Shown piece by piece: positions 57,052 to 64,000 of a stretch of 64,000 bases of DNA. Under the pieces are notes generated by a model, which was not told the DNA's origin, ran no database searches, and was given only the letters and a program-made list of their open reading frames with translations. The first letter of the stretch is position 1; the number at the start of each line of letters is the position of its first letter. The DNA is taken from positions 62,001-126,000 of IMG/VR virus record IMGVR_UViG_3300009011_000002. One strand, given 5' to 3'. Position numbers and translations under genes: made by a program.

Positions 57052-57606
57052 ATGTCCCTCGAATTGCAATTGGTTGCACTTGCCCAAGCCGTCGCCGGTG
57101 ACGTCAAAGCCCTGAAAGCCGCCCACGGTGATCTGTCGGCCCTCGACACCACCGCCAAGGACAGCCTGGTTGCCGCCCTGAACGAAATCTTCGCCCTGGC
57201 TCAAGCTGGTGGTGGCGGTGGTGTGGCGATCGACGACGCCGCTGGTAACGGTGATACCACCGTTGTCTGGTCGGCCGACAAAGTCTTCGACGCGATCGAA
57301 GCTGCCAAGACTGCCGTTTCCAACGCAGTCAAATCCGACCTCCTGGGCGGTGCCGGTGAAGCATACGACACCTTCAAGGAACTGCAAGACCTGCTGGTCG
57401 GCCAAGACGACGCCGTCGCTGCACTGACCCAGCTGTTCAACAATGCCGTGCGCTTCGACCAGGCTCAAACCCTGACCGACCCGCAGAAGGCCTTCGCCCG
57501 TGGTAACATCGGCGCTGCTGCTGATGCCGACCTGGATGCTCTGGTCAGCGCTGTTGGCGACACCGAAGTCGACCTGGTTGCTGCGTACACCGCCGCCAAG
57601 GCGTAA
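57052..57606 (+). CDS. Head/tail fibre-like protein, 184 aa
   Basis: MSLELQLVALAQAVAGDVKAL...GDLSALDTTAKDSLVAALNE...WSADKV...GGAGEAYDTFKEL, a pattern common in phage appendage proteins. Very strong codon bias. Confidence 0.6.
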   Translation: MSLELQLVALAQAVAGDVKALKAAHGDLSALDTTAKDSLVAALNEIFALAQAGGGGGVAIDDAAGNGDTTVVWSADKVFDAIEAAKTAVSNAVKSDLLGGAGEAYDTFKELQDLLVGQDDAVAALTQLFNNAVRFDQAQTLTDPQKAFARGNIGAAADADLDALVSAVGDTEVDLVAAYTAAKA

Positions 57607-57609
57607 GCC

Positions 57610-57834
57610 GTGAGCCTCGCCGGTGCGATACTGGCGTTCGTTAGCGCAGTGGGCGCCGACATCAAAACCTTGTTTACCAACAAGGTTGATAAAGTCGCTG
57701 GCAAGGGGTTGTCGAGTAACGATTATACTGATGATGACAAGACTGCGCTTGCGTCGTTGGTATCGGGTGACGAGGTGGTGCAGCAAAAGCTGCTCGATCT
57801 CCAATCCCAGATCGATGCGTTGAAAGGCCCCTGA
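57610..57834 (+). CDS. Small fibre-like paralogue, 74 aa
   Basis: GTG start. AVGADIK matches the upstream gene's N-terminus, and KVDKVAGKGLSSNDYT is a fibre-type motif. Confidence 0.55.
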   Translation: MSLAGAILAFVSAVGADIKTLFTNKVDKVAGKGLSSNDYTDDDKTALASLVSGDEVVQQKLLDLQSQIDALKGP

Positions 57835-57849
57835 CAGGGTTTTATCTAA

Positions 57850-57885
57850 CTATAAGCTCCCTGGCTTAGGCTGGGGAGCTTATAG
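57850..57885. terminator. Hairpin CTATAAGCTCCC...GGGAGCTTATAG
   Basis: Inverted repeat between the fibre cassette and the kelch gene. Confidence 0.55.
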
Positions 57886-57913
57886 CCACTTCTCAATCCT
57901 GTTGGACACAACT

Positions 57914-58825
57914 ATGATCGAATCACATTTGTACCAGACCAAAGCTGCTCTCCCACCGCCTGTTATTGCGGGTGAATACAAGCAGAAAACTTCAGCTGCT
58001 GTTAACCGTACCGCGCACGCTGCCGTTGCAATTGACAACAAGATCTACGCGTTTGGTGGTAGTCATCAGATTCTTAACAGTGTCATGGAGGTCTATGACA
58101 TTGAAACCGATCAGTGGGCCAATCTTGCCACTCAGGGCACACCTTCCCCGAGACACTCCATTGCCAGTTGCGTCTTGAACGGTAAACTCTACATCTTTGG
58201 TGGTTCGACCACCACTGCTTGGAGTCCTACCGCTGAAGCTTACGTGTTTGACCCAGCCACCAACATCTGGACCAAACTGGCTAACCAACCTGCTGCGTTG
58301 TGTATCCAAACGGCCGTAGCCATCAAAGGTAAGATTTACCTCTTCGGTGGATTTAACGGGGGTAGCTCGGTTAACAGCTTCTACGAGTACGACCCTGTCA
58401 GTAACACGTACCGGACGATCCCTAACAGTCAGTCGGTCAGCCATGGTCACAGGGCAGTTAACATCGCTGACCGGATGTTTGTAGTGGGTGGAGTGGCAGG
58501 CACCCCCTTGTTGAGTCGTTGCGTTGCATACGACCCGACGGCTAATACGTGGGCGACATACGCCTCGTCCCCATTGGCTAACACGTACACGTTTACCGAT
58601 ACATTGGGTGGGTACCTTTACATGTTTGGCGGGAGTCGTAATACAGACACCACCACGCATAACAGGTTATTCAGGTTCCACCCACCCAGCAACACTTGGG
58701 ACGAACTCCCTACCGGGGCTCAAGCGGGTTACTACGGTGTTATGATTCCCGTCGAAGATCGGTTGTATCTGCACGGTGGTCGGAACTCCACCACGTTGTT
58801 CCCTGCGTTGTGGGAAATCACCTAA
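57914..58825 (+). CDS. Kelch-repeat (six-bladed beta-propeller) protein
   Basis: Six repeats (IYAFGG, LYIFGG, IYLFGG, MFVVGG, LYMFGG, LYLHGG). Confidence 0.88.
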   Translation: MIESHLYQTKAALPPPVIAGEYKQKTSAAVNRTAHAAVAIDNKIYAFGGSHQILNSVMEVYDIETDQWANLATQGTPSPRHSIASCVLNGKLYIFGGSTTTAWSPTAEAYVFDPATNIWTKLANQPAALCIQTAVAIKGKIYLFGGFNGGSSVNSFYEYDPVSNTYRTIPNSQSVSHGHRAVNIADRMFVVGGVAGTPLLSRCVAYDPTANTWATYASSPLANTYTFTDTLGGYLYMFGGSRNTDTTTHNRLFRFHPPSNTWDELPTGAQAGYYGVMIPVEDRLYLHGGRNSTTLFPALWEIT

Positions 58826-58847
58826 AAGCAAAAAAGAAAACCAATGG

Positions 58848-58875
58848 CCTACCTCTCCCAATTGGGAGAGGTAGG
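58848..58875. repeat. Perfect 28-bp palindrome at a convergent junction
   Basis: CCTACCTCTCCCAA|TTGGGAGAGGTAGG. Confidence 0.75.
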
Positions 58876-58885
58876 TAAGGAATTC

Positions 58886-59152
58886 TTAGTTGTTTTCTCG
58901 CAACTCTTCCAGTGCCAAGATAAGCTGATCGCGTAACTCGTCAAGCTTATCCATTTCGGGATCGAGGTTAGCCATTTGGATCATCAGCTCGCCGCGCTCT
59001 TTACTGACCGTGCTTTTGTTACGCTGCTTTTCTAGCTCACCCTGCTTCTCGAAAAGGGTGTCAATTTCTCGTGTAAGCTTTTCGATGGCGTCGACGTGTT
59101 CTTGTTCGGTTTCGTAGCCTTCTACAGCATACTGCCTATTTTTCTTTTCCAT
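58886..59152 (-). CDS. Small coiled-coil protein, 88 aa
   Basis: ORF in the early cluster. Confidence 0.7.
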   Translation of the reverse strand: MEKKNRQYAVEGYETEQEHVDAIEKLTREIDTLFEKQGELEKQRNKSTVSKERGELMIQMANLDPEMDKLDELRDQLILALEELRENN

Positions 59153-59207
59153 AATAGGTAGCCTTTAAACAAAAAGAAATGGGGAGTTTCCTCCCCGTAA
59201 GTTGCAG

Positions 59208-59624
59208 TTAGAAGCGAGCAGCTTCGATCTCTTCTTCCGACAGGTCGTCGTAGTAATGATCGAGCGTTACTGCCTCCTTGGTTACAGCACCACGTTCCCA
59301 CATCATCAAGATGCGAGCCCTGTACTGCACGTCCACACGGTTAGGGCAATCCCCCAGCGTGGCTACCAAGGACAGCGCTTTACCCAAGGGACGGATGTCT
59401 TCCTTGGTGAAAACGTAGACGCTGATCTGCGCAATCGCGTACTGCATGATCAGCTTGAGCTCGGTAAAGAACTCGGGAACTTCTTCCTCGAGTACTTTAA
59501 AACCCAGCTGCTCGGCGCGCCAGTCTTCCATGGCGAACTTGATGCCGCCATGCTCAACCACTACCAATGGACCGAAGTTCAGTTCGATGCCAGAGTCATG
59601 CATACGGATAATATTTTTAACCAT
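59208..59624 (-). CDS. Hypothetical protein, 138 aa
   Basis: RBS AAGGAG. Confidence 0.75.
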   Translation of the reverse strand: MVKNIIRMHDSGIELNFGPLVVVEHGGIKFAMEDWRAEQLGFKVLEEEVPEFFTELKLIMQYAIAQISVYVFTKEDIRPLGKALSLVATLGDCPNRVDVQYRARILMMWERGAVTKEAVTLDHYYDDLSEEEIEAARF

Positions 59625-59635
59625 GGTAAATCTCC

Positions 59636-59953
59636 TTAAATGTAACGGGAATGGAATTGGGGATCTTCGGACATCAACTTAAGCAGAGATGGGCTGGACT
59701 TCACCAACGAACTCATCTCAACGTCGAACTTACCATTCTTCTTCACACGAAGAAGCCCCAACTCGTAGCCAAACTCGATGCTGTCGAATTTGATGAAATC
59801 ACCTTCGTTGCAGTAGGTCATAGCCAACTGCAACATCCGAGGCATGGCGGTGTCGAAATAGCTGTAGCGGCGGACCATGATGACTTCTTTCGAAGTTGCA
59901 CGGTGCATGGTGGCCAGTACACGATAACGAGGGGTGGTGATCTCAATGCTCAT
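59636..59953 (-). CDS. Hypothetical early protein, 105 aa
   Basis: RBS AGGAG, downstream of the early promoter at 60001. Confidence 0.75.
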   Translation of the reverse strand: MSIEITTPRYRVLATMHRATSKEVIMVRRYSYFDTAMPRMLQLAMTYCNEGDFIKFDSIEFGYELGLLRVKKNGKFDVEMSSLVKSSPSLLKLMSEDPQFHSRYI

Positions 59954-60000
59954 GTATACAACTCCTAAAGGTGAAAGACTTAGTTGTCTTTATCCTCTTG

Positions 60001-60017
60001 GTAATATAGGTCTGAAA
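60001..60017 (-). promoter_or_regulatory. Early promoter TTTCAGACCTATATTAC
   Basis: 29 nt (60004-60032) are identical to 12507-12535. Confidence 0.8.
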
Positions 60018-60028
60018 AAGAATGTAAC

Positions 60029-60063
60029 TTAACCTCAGTAGCCCTTAGGGCTACTGAGGTTAA
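60029..60063. terminator. 16-bp stem hairpin abutting the early promoter
   Basis: TTAACCTCAGTAGCCC-TTA-GGGCTACTGAGGTTAA. Confidence 0.6.
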
Positions 60064-60073
60064 ACTGATTCAT

Positions 60074-60631
60074 TCAGTTAATGTTGAAATGCGCTTCCAA
60101 GCTTGCGATACCTTCTGACATCTTCCCGAATACACCGTGGTGGTGAACCTTGTTGCCGTCAGATTCGATGACAAAAACAGTCACCTTAATCTTGCCAGCA
60201 TCAGGTCGGGTCTCGATGGTAACACGACGAGACAACTTATCGGCTGCCGCATAAATCGCATCGAGACGCTCGTCGTTAGGTTCGTCAAAGATACCCCAGT
60301 CTTTCTGTGGGAAGTACATGTTCTCGACGTACGCCAACAATTCGTTTAATGTGTCAAACCACTTGTTACGACGAAGCTGACTTTGGTCGGTATAACGAAG
60401 GTCCCACCCACGCCGGGTCAAGTGGCGCTGCATTATCTTCAACCCGAAGGCTTCTGTAGAGAAGGAGTTGTAGCTTGACTCTGCTTGGAAAGCGGCTTCA
60501 ATACCCTTACCCAGCAAACGGTTTAGGAGATCTTGAGCCCGAGCACCGTGTACTGCAACTTCCTTGGCGAAATGGGCTTGAGTTTCCGCTTCGAGTTCTT
60601 CAGCAGTAGGGCAAGGTAGAATTTCTTTCAT
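60074..60631 (-). CDS. Hypothetical protein, 185 aa
   Basis: RBS AAGGA. Confidence 0.75.
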   Translation of the reverse strand: MKEILPCPTAEELEAETQAHFAKEVAVHGARAQDLLNRLLGKGIEAAFQAESSYNSFSTEAFGLKIMQRHLTRRGWDLRYTDQSQLRRNKWFDTLNELLAYVENMYFPQKDWGIFDEPNDERLDAIYAAADKLSRRVTIETRPDAGKIKVTVFVIESDGNKVHHHGVFGKMSEGIASLEAHFNIN

Positions 60632-60639
60632 GGGTATCC

Positions 60640-60834
60640 TTATCGACCTTGGTATTGTTCCCAGAGTTCTTCGATCTCTGCTTTGAGTTTCAGCGAGTCT
60701 TGGAACGGTTTACGGTTTTCCCAGGTGGACTTCTGCCGCAGCTCGTCCATCTCCCGACGGAGCACCACGATACGGGAATAGATGGCTGCTTGGTCCACAG
60801 CACGGTTACCGGTGAGGTTAGTCAGTCTGGCCAT
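60640..60834 (-). CDS. Small helical protein, 64 aa
   Basis: Start MARLTNL at 60834. Confidence 0.6.
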   Translation of the reverse strand: MARLTNLTGNRAVDQAAIYSRIVVLRREMDELRQKSTWENRKPFQDSLKLKAEIEELWEQYQGR

Positions 60835-61042
60835 GGGTAATCCCTGCGAATTCTTCCTTGATGCCCAGGTGTTCCTCGATGCAGACGATGATGTCCATGA
60901 AACTGCTGCTTTGCAGTTCACGAACACCAGAGATACCTACCGTCCACTCACCGGGGTAATGCCGGATACCGATGTCGATAGGTTTATTTTGCGCTCTGGC
61001 GACTTCGCCGATGCGTTGCATCCGTTCTTCAAACGTTGGCAT
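60818..61042 (-). CDS. Hypothetical protein, 74 aa (paralogue of 61617-61808)
   Basis: RBS AAGGAGG, with visible similarity to the paralogue. Confidence 0.7.
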   Translation of the reverse strand: MPTFEERMQRIGEVARAQNKPIDIGIRHYPGEWTVGISGVRELQSSSFMDIIVCIEEHLGIKEEFAGITHGQTD

Positions 61043-61514
61043 TTGACACTTCCTCCTTACCCGACAGACGTTTCACCAACAACCAGAGTTTCTTCAGGAA
61101 ACCCACCTTCTTCGGACGGTGGCGGGTGTGAACTTCCTCCATCCGTACAGCGTCCTCAGAAGGCCCCAATGGGACGTTTTCCCACGAGACCCCACCGTCA
61201 CGTTCAGCTAAGAGCAGTTGGCGCATGGTGGACTTGTGACGGCGTTTGAAGGCCGCTGCCAGTCGGTGCATATCGCGCTCGTGTACAGCGTAGATACTGG
61301 CTTCCAGTTGGTCAGACAAATAAACCCGCAGCCGTACATGATCGGCGAAGTACTTGACCTTACCCGGCACCAGTTGTGCTTTGAGCAAGATGAGAATTTC
61401 TTTATGGGCTAAGACTTTAATCCCGTCAATAAGACCATTTACCAGAGGACCGTAAGACACAGGGGTACCGTTTGCATGCTTAAGTTTGATGTACTTGTTA
61501 GGGAAACGAGACAT
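61029..61514 (-). CDS. Hypothetical basic protein, 161 aa
   Basis: RBS AAGGA. Confidence 0.7.
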   Translation of the reverse strand: MSRFPNKYIKLKHANGTPVSYGPLVNGLIDGIKVLAHKEILILLKAQLVPGKVKYFADHVRLRVYLSDQLEASIYAVHERDMHRLAAAFKRRHKSTMRQLLLAERDGGVSWENVPLGPSEDAVRMEEVHTRHRPKKVGFLKKLWLLVKRLSGKEEVSNANV

Positions 61515-61586
61515 TAGACTATCCTTGTAAAAGTGTTGGCATATACAAAAGATAGAAAGTCACGTAACAAAAAATAAAAGGACCAA

Positions 61587-61604
61587 GGGAGTCCGAAGAC
61601 TCCC
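61587..61604 (-). terminator. Intrinsic terminator, cUUCGg loop
   Basis: GGGAGTC-TTCG-GACTCCC followed by a TTTTATTTTTTG tail. Confidence 0.7.
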
Positions 61605-61616
61605 AAGGTTTACTGC

Positions 61617-61808
61617 TTACAAATCGAGTGCCTCTTCCATCGCCTCGACCATTTCCAAGAAGGTTGCGTCGTCCGCCACCTGTATCGTGTTAACCGCCGC
61701 GGTCCAGACATTAGAGACAGAATCGAAATAGATGTTGATGTCTTTACAGCAGGCGGACGCGCGCTCTCCGATAGCGAGCATCCGATCTTCCAAAAGTTTA
61801 TTGCTCAT
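61617..61808 (-). CDS. Hypothetical protein, 63 aa (paralogue of 60818-61042)
   Basis: RBS AAGGA, with visible similarity to the paralogue. Confidence 0.7.
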   Translation of the reverse strand: MSNKLLEDRMLAIGERASACCKDINIYFDSVSNVWTAAVNTIQVADDATFLEMVEAMEEALDL

Positions 61809-62034
61809 TGCTGTTCCTTACGGCTTGTGGGATGAGTTGAAAGAAAAGACTCCTCAGGCGATCAATCTCGCCATAGATGGAGTCCAAGAAAATGATGTGG
61901 GCACTGCCTTCCAGTTTCAAGTTTTGGATTACCTGATACCATCGCGAGATCTCAAACGGGATATCTGAAATGAGATCTCTGCCTTGGGATTTACGGCGAA
62001 TACGGCATTCCGAAAGATAGACTACCTGGCCCAT
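61798..62034 (-). CDS. Hypothetical protein, 78 aa
   Basis: RBS GAGGA, operonic overlap. Confidence 0.6.
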   Translation of the reverse strand: MGQVVYLSECRIRRKSQGRDLISDIPFEISRWYQVIQNLKLEGSAHIIFLDSIYGEIDRLRSLFFQLIPQAVRNSNEQ

Positions 62035-62261
62035 GGTGAGACATTCCTCGAAAGGCAGTTGGGATACTTCTGGTAGTAAGCCTCTGCCAAGGCGTCAGCG
62101 TGCTGCTTGACCTGCATTGATGCCTGTTGCAAATCAGCAGCTTGGTGTTCATCAGTGGTGCACGCGCTGAGAGCAAGAAGACCCACTGCCCGGTCTTGAG
62201 TCTGCTGAACGATATGAAGCTGTTGCATGCGAGCGCGCACTTCGGTTACGTTATTAGTCAC
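62022..62261 (-). CDS. Helical hairpin protein, 79 aa
   Basis: RBS AAGGAG. Confidence 0.7.
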   Translation of the reverse strand: MTNNVTEVRARMQQLHIVQQTQDRAVGLLALSACTTDEHQAADLQQASMQVKQHADALAEAYYQKYPNCLSRNVSPWAR

Positions 62262-62294
62262 TTACTGACTCCTTGTAAATGAAAGAGAGGTGGG

Positions 62295-62474
62295 CTAATT
62301 GTTTTGCCCGTAATAAACCGCATAGACAAGATACGACAGTATTAAACCAACGATGCTTGCCAATGCGTAAGTTGTAAATCCATTAACGAAATCACTGTAC
62401 TCCTTGTGGGCCTTTCTGCGGTGTTCTCGAATCTCTTCGATACGCCGCTTCCGTTCCTCCGCGGAGTCTTGCAT
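62295..62474 (-). CDS. Small C-terminally anchored membrane protein, 59 aa
   Basis: MQDSAEERKRR... followed by a hydrophobic C-terminus. TGATG coupling. Confidence 0.6.
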   Translation of the reverse strand: MQDSAEERKRRIEEIREHRRKAHKEYSDFVNGFTTYALASIVGLILSYLVYAVYYGQNN

Positions 62475-62785
62475 CAAACCACCCTGCACCCAATGTGGGC
62501 TTTCAATTCCTCGTAGCTTTCCCACCCCCAAGGGGCGTCTTCAGGCTTACGAGGCGTGTAGTTAGGATCGGTCAGGAAGTTAAAGTAGCTACGACTACCC
62601 GACCGGGTTAAGAAGAAACGATCCAGCTTGTGGTCATCGCTCACAGTGATCACGTAGACGCGACGCGAAAACTCAGAGTCATTAACCAACCCGAAGACCA
62701 CCGAACCACCCAACTTCTGGTTGTCCTTGATCTCAAGCATGTCCACCAGGATCGGTTTCTTTTGGAGTTCTACCGGTGGGTACAT
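62474..62785 (-). CDS. Hypothetical protein, 103 aa
   Basis: Operonic, TGATG coupling. Confidence 0.65.
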   Translation of the reverse strand: MYPPVELQKKPILVDMLEIKDNQKLGGSVVFGLVNDSEFSRRVYVITVSDDHKLDRFFLTRSGSRSYFNFLTDPNYTPRKPEDAPWGWESYEELKAHIGCRVV

Positions 62786-63075
62786 CAGTCTTTCTTCCTT
62801 TCTCTGATGACAAGGTTGTAGCCATTGAGCGCGTCACCATCAGTGATGATTTCGTAACCAATAGCCGCAGCTTCCTTATGCGCTTGTTCCGCCAACTCAG
62901 TGGCTTTGATAACAGCCTTCTCACGCATGTACACAGTCCCTAACCCCGGCATGTCACGCATGGTGATGATACTCTGCCGCATCAGTTCCCCGATGTGACG
63001 AACAGCCGCTTCTGTTGCCACCGGGTTTTCCACCTTCTTGCGAGGGCGGTCGAACATGTTAATCACTTCACCCAT
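62785..63075 (-). CDS. Hypothetical protein, 96 aa
   Basis: Operonic. Confidence 0.65.
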   Translation of the reverse strand: MGEVINMFDRPRKKVENPVATEAAVRHIGELMRQSIITMRDMPGLGTVYMREKAVIKATELAEQAHKEAAAIGYEIITDGDALNGYNLVIRERKKD

Positions 63076-63078
63076 ACA

Positions 63079-63432
63079 TCACCCCGTAATTAACTCGTTA
63101 GAATGCGAGTCGCTAATACGATCAAACAAAGGACGCATGAATTCCTCCGTTGACCGCATGGTGCATTCTTCGAATTCTTCCATCTCCCACAGCACTGTCG
63201 GTAGATCGTCTTGATCCACTACGAAGAAAGGATACGTCTTCCCTTGGTGTTGGAGGAACATACAGAAACCCTTTACGTACTCGGTGGGTTTTGTGTTAGT
63301 CACCTTGTAGACGTCGAACAAGATATCCACTACCCAGGCAATGCCGATGAGTTTGACACCATCCACTTCAAACTCGATCATGTTTCCATCATCGGCTGGC
63401 GAAGGGAAGTGGTGGTTTTTGCCGATCGACAT
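63079..63432 (-). CDS. Hypothetical protein, 117 aa
   Basis: Start MSIGKNHH at 63432 with RBS AAGGAG. Confidence 0.7.
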   Translation of the reverse strand: MSIGKNHHFPSPADDGNMIEFEVDGVKLIGIAWVVDILFDVYKVTNTKPTEYVKGFCMFLQHQGKTYPFFVVDQDDLPTVLWEMEEFEECTMRSTEEFMRPLFDRISDSHSNELITG

Positions 63433-63640
63433 GGTTAACTCCTTGTTGATTGAAAAGCTTGTCATAGCGAGCTTTGATAATGTTCGCCTGCCGCAACAGC
63501 GCTTTGCTCTCCATTCGGAGGTCACGACGCTCATGGATGTTGTGAGAAGCACATGCCATGCGTGACAACCGACGAGCTTGTTTTTCAAGCTGGGTAATGC
63601 GGTGAGTCATCATATCTTTCAAGTGCTTCAAATGGTCCAT
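63389..63640 (-). CDS. Helical hairpin early protein, 83 aa
   Basis: First gene after the early promoter at 63695, RBS GGAG. Confidence 0.7.
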   Translation of the reverse strand: MDHLKHLKDMMTHRITQLEKQARRLSRMACASHNIHERRDLRMESKALLRQANIIKARYDKLFNQQGVNHVDRQKPPLPFASR

Positions 63641-63694
63641 GGTCGTTCTCCGATTAGTAGATAATAAGCGCCTTAATTTGTGGCATTCCTACAG

Positions 63695-63711
63695 GTAATA
63701 TAGGTTTCAAA
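63695..63711 (-). promoter_or_regulatory. Early promoter TTTGAAACCTATATTAC
   Basis: Copy of the repeated motif. Confidence 0.75.
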
Positions 63712-63836
63712 TCTACTGCAAATTAAACGTCAATCGGCTCTAACAAATAGGACCCGCGGTAAATAAATAAGCGGAGCGGGTTATTTTATTTCGATTTTAT
63801 GTTGCACTCCCTTAAGCCACCCGGAACCTTAAAAAT

Positions 63837-64000
63837 ATGGCCCTTCCAAATGAAAAACTCTTTTTGGATCGGTTTGTCCTTTACAACAATGAACGCTACA
63901 AGGATGAACCCCGAATCGTAAACGCGCTCAACGCCTTGACCGTTGGCAACGTTGTGTTCTCCAACTACCGTAAGGTTCCGCTCGAAGATGGTTCCAGTGA
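63837..64000 (+). CDS. Hypothetical protein, 5' part (runs off the window)
   Basis: MALPNEKLFLDRFVLYNNERYKDEPRIVNAL... is open to the window end. Confidence 0.55.
   Translation, partial: MALPNEKLFLDRFVLYNNERYKDEPRIVNALNALTVGNVVFSNYRKVPLEDGSS

Noticed and set aside
10087-60063. Palindromes as CRISPR repeats, tRNAs or IS ends
   Set aside because: They are dispersed singletons with differing inner sequence. There are no spacers, cloverleaf, transposase or target duplications.
1-64000. Stop-codon reassignment or group I introns in the RNAP genes
   Set aside because: Core genes are full-length under the standard code with normal stops, coding density is high, and no HNH or GIY-YIG ORF interrupts them here.

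Overview
This is a 64-kb segment of a phiKZ-like (Chimalliviridae-type) jumbo phage genome, about 55% GC and read with the standard genetic code. Homologies are recognised from motifs and synteny only; no database search was run. From the left, the window holds the 5' part of the terminase large subunit (interrupted by an intein after the Walker A Lys), three virion genes, the divergent tail sheath and tube genes, and a leftward accessory block (HD-like, secreted protein, thymidylate kinase, QueC/PP-loop-like, NUDIX-like). Next come the head maturation protease, two structural genes, a modular endolysin, virion RNA polymerase beta and beta' subunits, a 2592-aa tape-measure/tail lysin and a baseplate-type protein. 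The right half holds the small vRNAP beta C-terminal subunit, UvsX, an RNase H-fold protein, two kelch propellers, an SF2/SNF2 helicase with a class 3 intein, a small fibre-like cassette and a cluster of small early genes. I found no tRNA, rRNA or CRISPR array. The leads most worth checking are: (1) a candidate overprinted 47-aa membrane protein with its own RBS in the +1 frame of vRNAP beta, upstream of the endolysin; (2) two inteins lacking an N-terminal nucleophile (Met1 and Ala1); (3) a family of CTAC...GTAG palindromes without U-tracts at six of seven convergent gene junctions; (4) apparent pseudoenzymes (RNase H, HD, QueC-like); (5) low-GC synonymous patches inside vRNAP beta' and uvsX.
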